A DNA stretch of 64,000 nucleotides from Lytechinus pictus (taxonomy: Eukaryota). Under the pieces are notes generated by a model that saw nothing but the letters and a program-made list of their open reading frames with translations, was not told the origin of the DNA and searched no databases. Location of the stretch: assembly GCF_037042905.1 (NCBI RefSeq), contig NC_087251.1:5644001-5708000 (forward strand), given 5' to 3'. Positions 63,606 through 64,000 of the stretch are shown here, in pieces. How positions within the stretch are numbered: the first letter of the stretch is position 1; every line of letters begins with the position of its first letter. Position numbers and translations under genes: made by a program.

Positions 63606-64000
63606 TAAATCGGGGCCGGACAAGAATAAACGGCGCCATCTGGTAATAAATCGGCGCCTGTAAAGAAAAATCGGCGCTGCCTGAGTTCGTAACCGGCGCC
63701 GATCAAGGATAATCAGCGCCACCTATATCTAAATCGGGGCTGATCAAGAATAATCAGCGCCATCTGGTTATAAATCGGCGCTGCCTGAGTCTTAACCGGC
63801 GCCGATCAAGTATAATCAGCTCCACCTAAATCTAAATCGGCGCCGGACAAGAATAATCAGCACCACCTGGTTAAGAATCGGCGCCAGTCAAGAATAATCG
63901 ACGCCTCCTGGTCCTAAATCGGGACCAGTCAATTATGAATTGCCGCTGCCTGAATCTTACGTGACGTCGGTAAAAATAATCAGCACTACTTGTTCTAAAT

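Larger units (their letters stand above)
61207..64000. mobile_element. hAT-like element: left end plus internal GGCGCC array; right end lies outside the window
   Basis: Start CAGTGGCGGATCCAGGGGGG with a GGGGGCGCGCGCCCCC palindrome, grading into the GGCGCC array. Confidence 0.6.
61440..64000. repeat. GGCGCC minisatellite with ~20.5-bp monomers and a 123-124-bp hexameric higher-order unit, interrupted at 61768-63605
   Basis: GGCGCC(G/A)ATCAAG recurs at 61484, 61607 and 61731. Six distinct monomer types recur in fixed order. Confidence 0.9.

Noticed and set aside
61440..64000. CRISPR-like repeat-spacer appearance of the GGCGCC array
   Set aside because: Cores are only ~10 bp, linkers are ~10 bp and recur periodically rather than being unique, there are no cas genes, and the context is eukaryotic.

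Overview
AT-rich animal genomic DNA; the repeat types (CAGTGGCG-ended hAT-like MITEs with GCGCGAAGCGCGAG motifs, tRNA-SINE, L2/CR1-group LINEs) suggest an echinoderm such as a sea urchin, which is inference. The only host gene I recognise is the start of a cornichon (CNIH1-type) gene on the minus strand at 1-57, which the ORF track misses. The other ~64 kb is non-coding: transposons, microsatellites and unique islands that may be regulatory. Main structures: (1) a three-level nest of six transposons at 667-7051 just upstream of cornichon; (2) a 2.4-kb fold-back Academ-like element (25482-27900); (3) an uninterrupted 987-codon endonuclease/RT frame of an L2/CR1-group LINE with an older copy at 852-2771; (4) a Tx1/L1-clade LINE inserted with a 13-bp TSD into a tRNA-Met-like SINE; (5) a Tc1-superfamily element with DD38E (Intruder-type) spacing inserted at TA into a GGCGCC ~20.5-bp higher-order repeat. 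I found no CRISPR array or prokaryote-type system and cannot claim a new biological system. The best leads are the DD38E element, possible SINE targeting by the Tx1 element, and the phased motif arrays. All alignments were done by eye.
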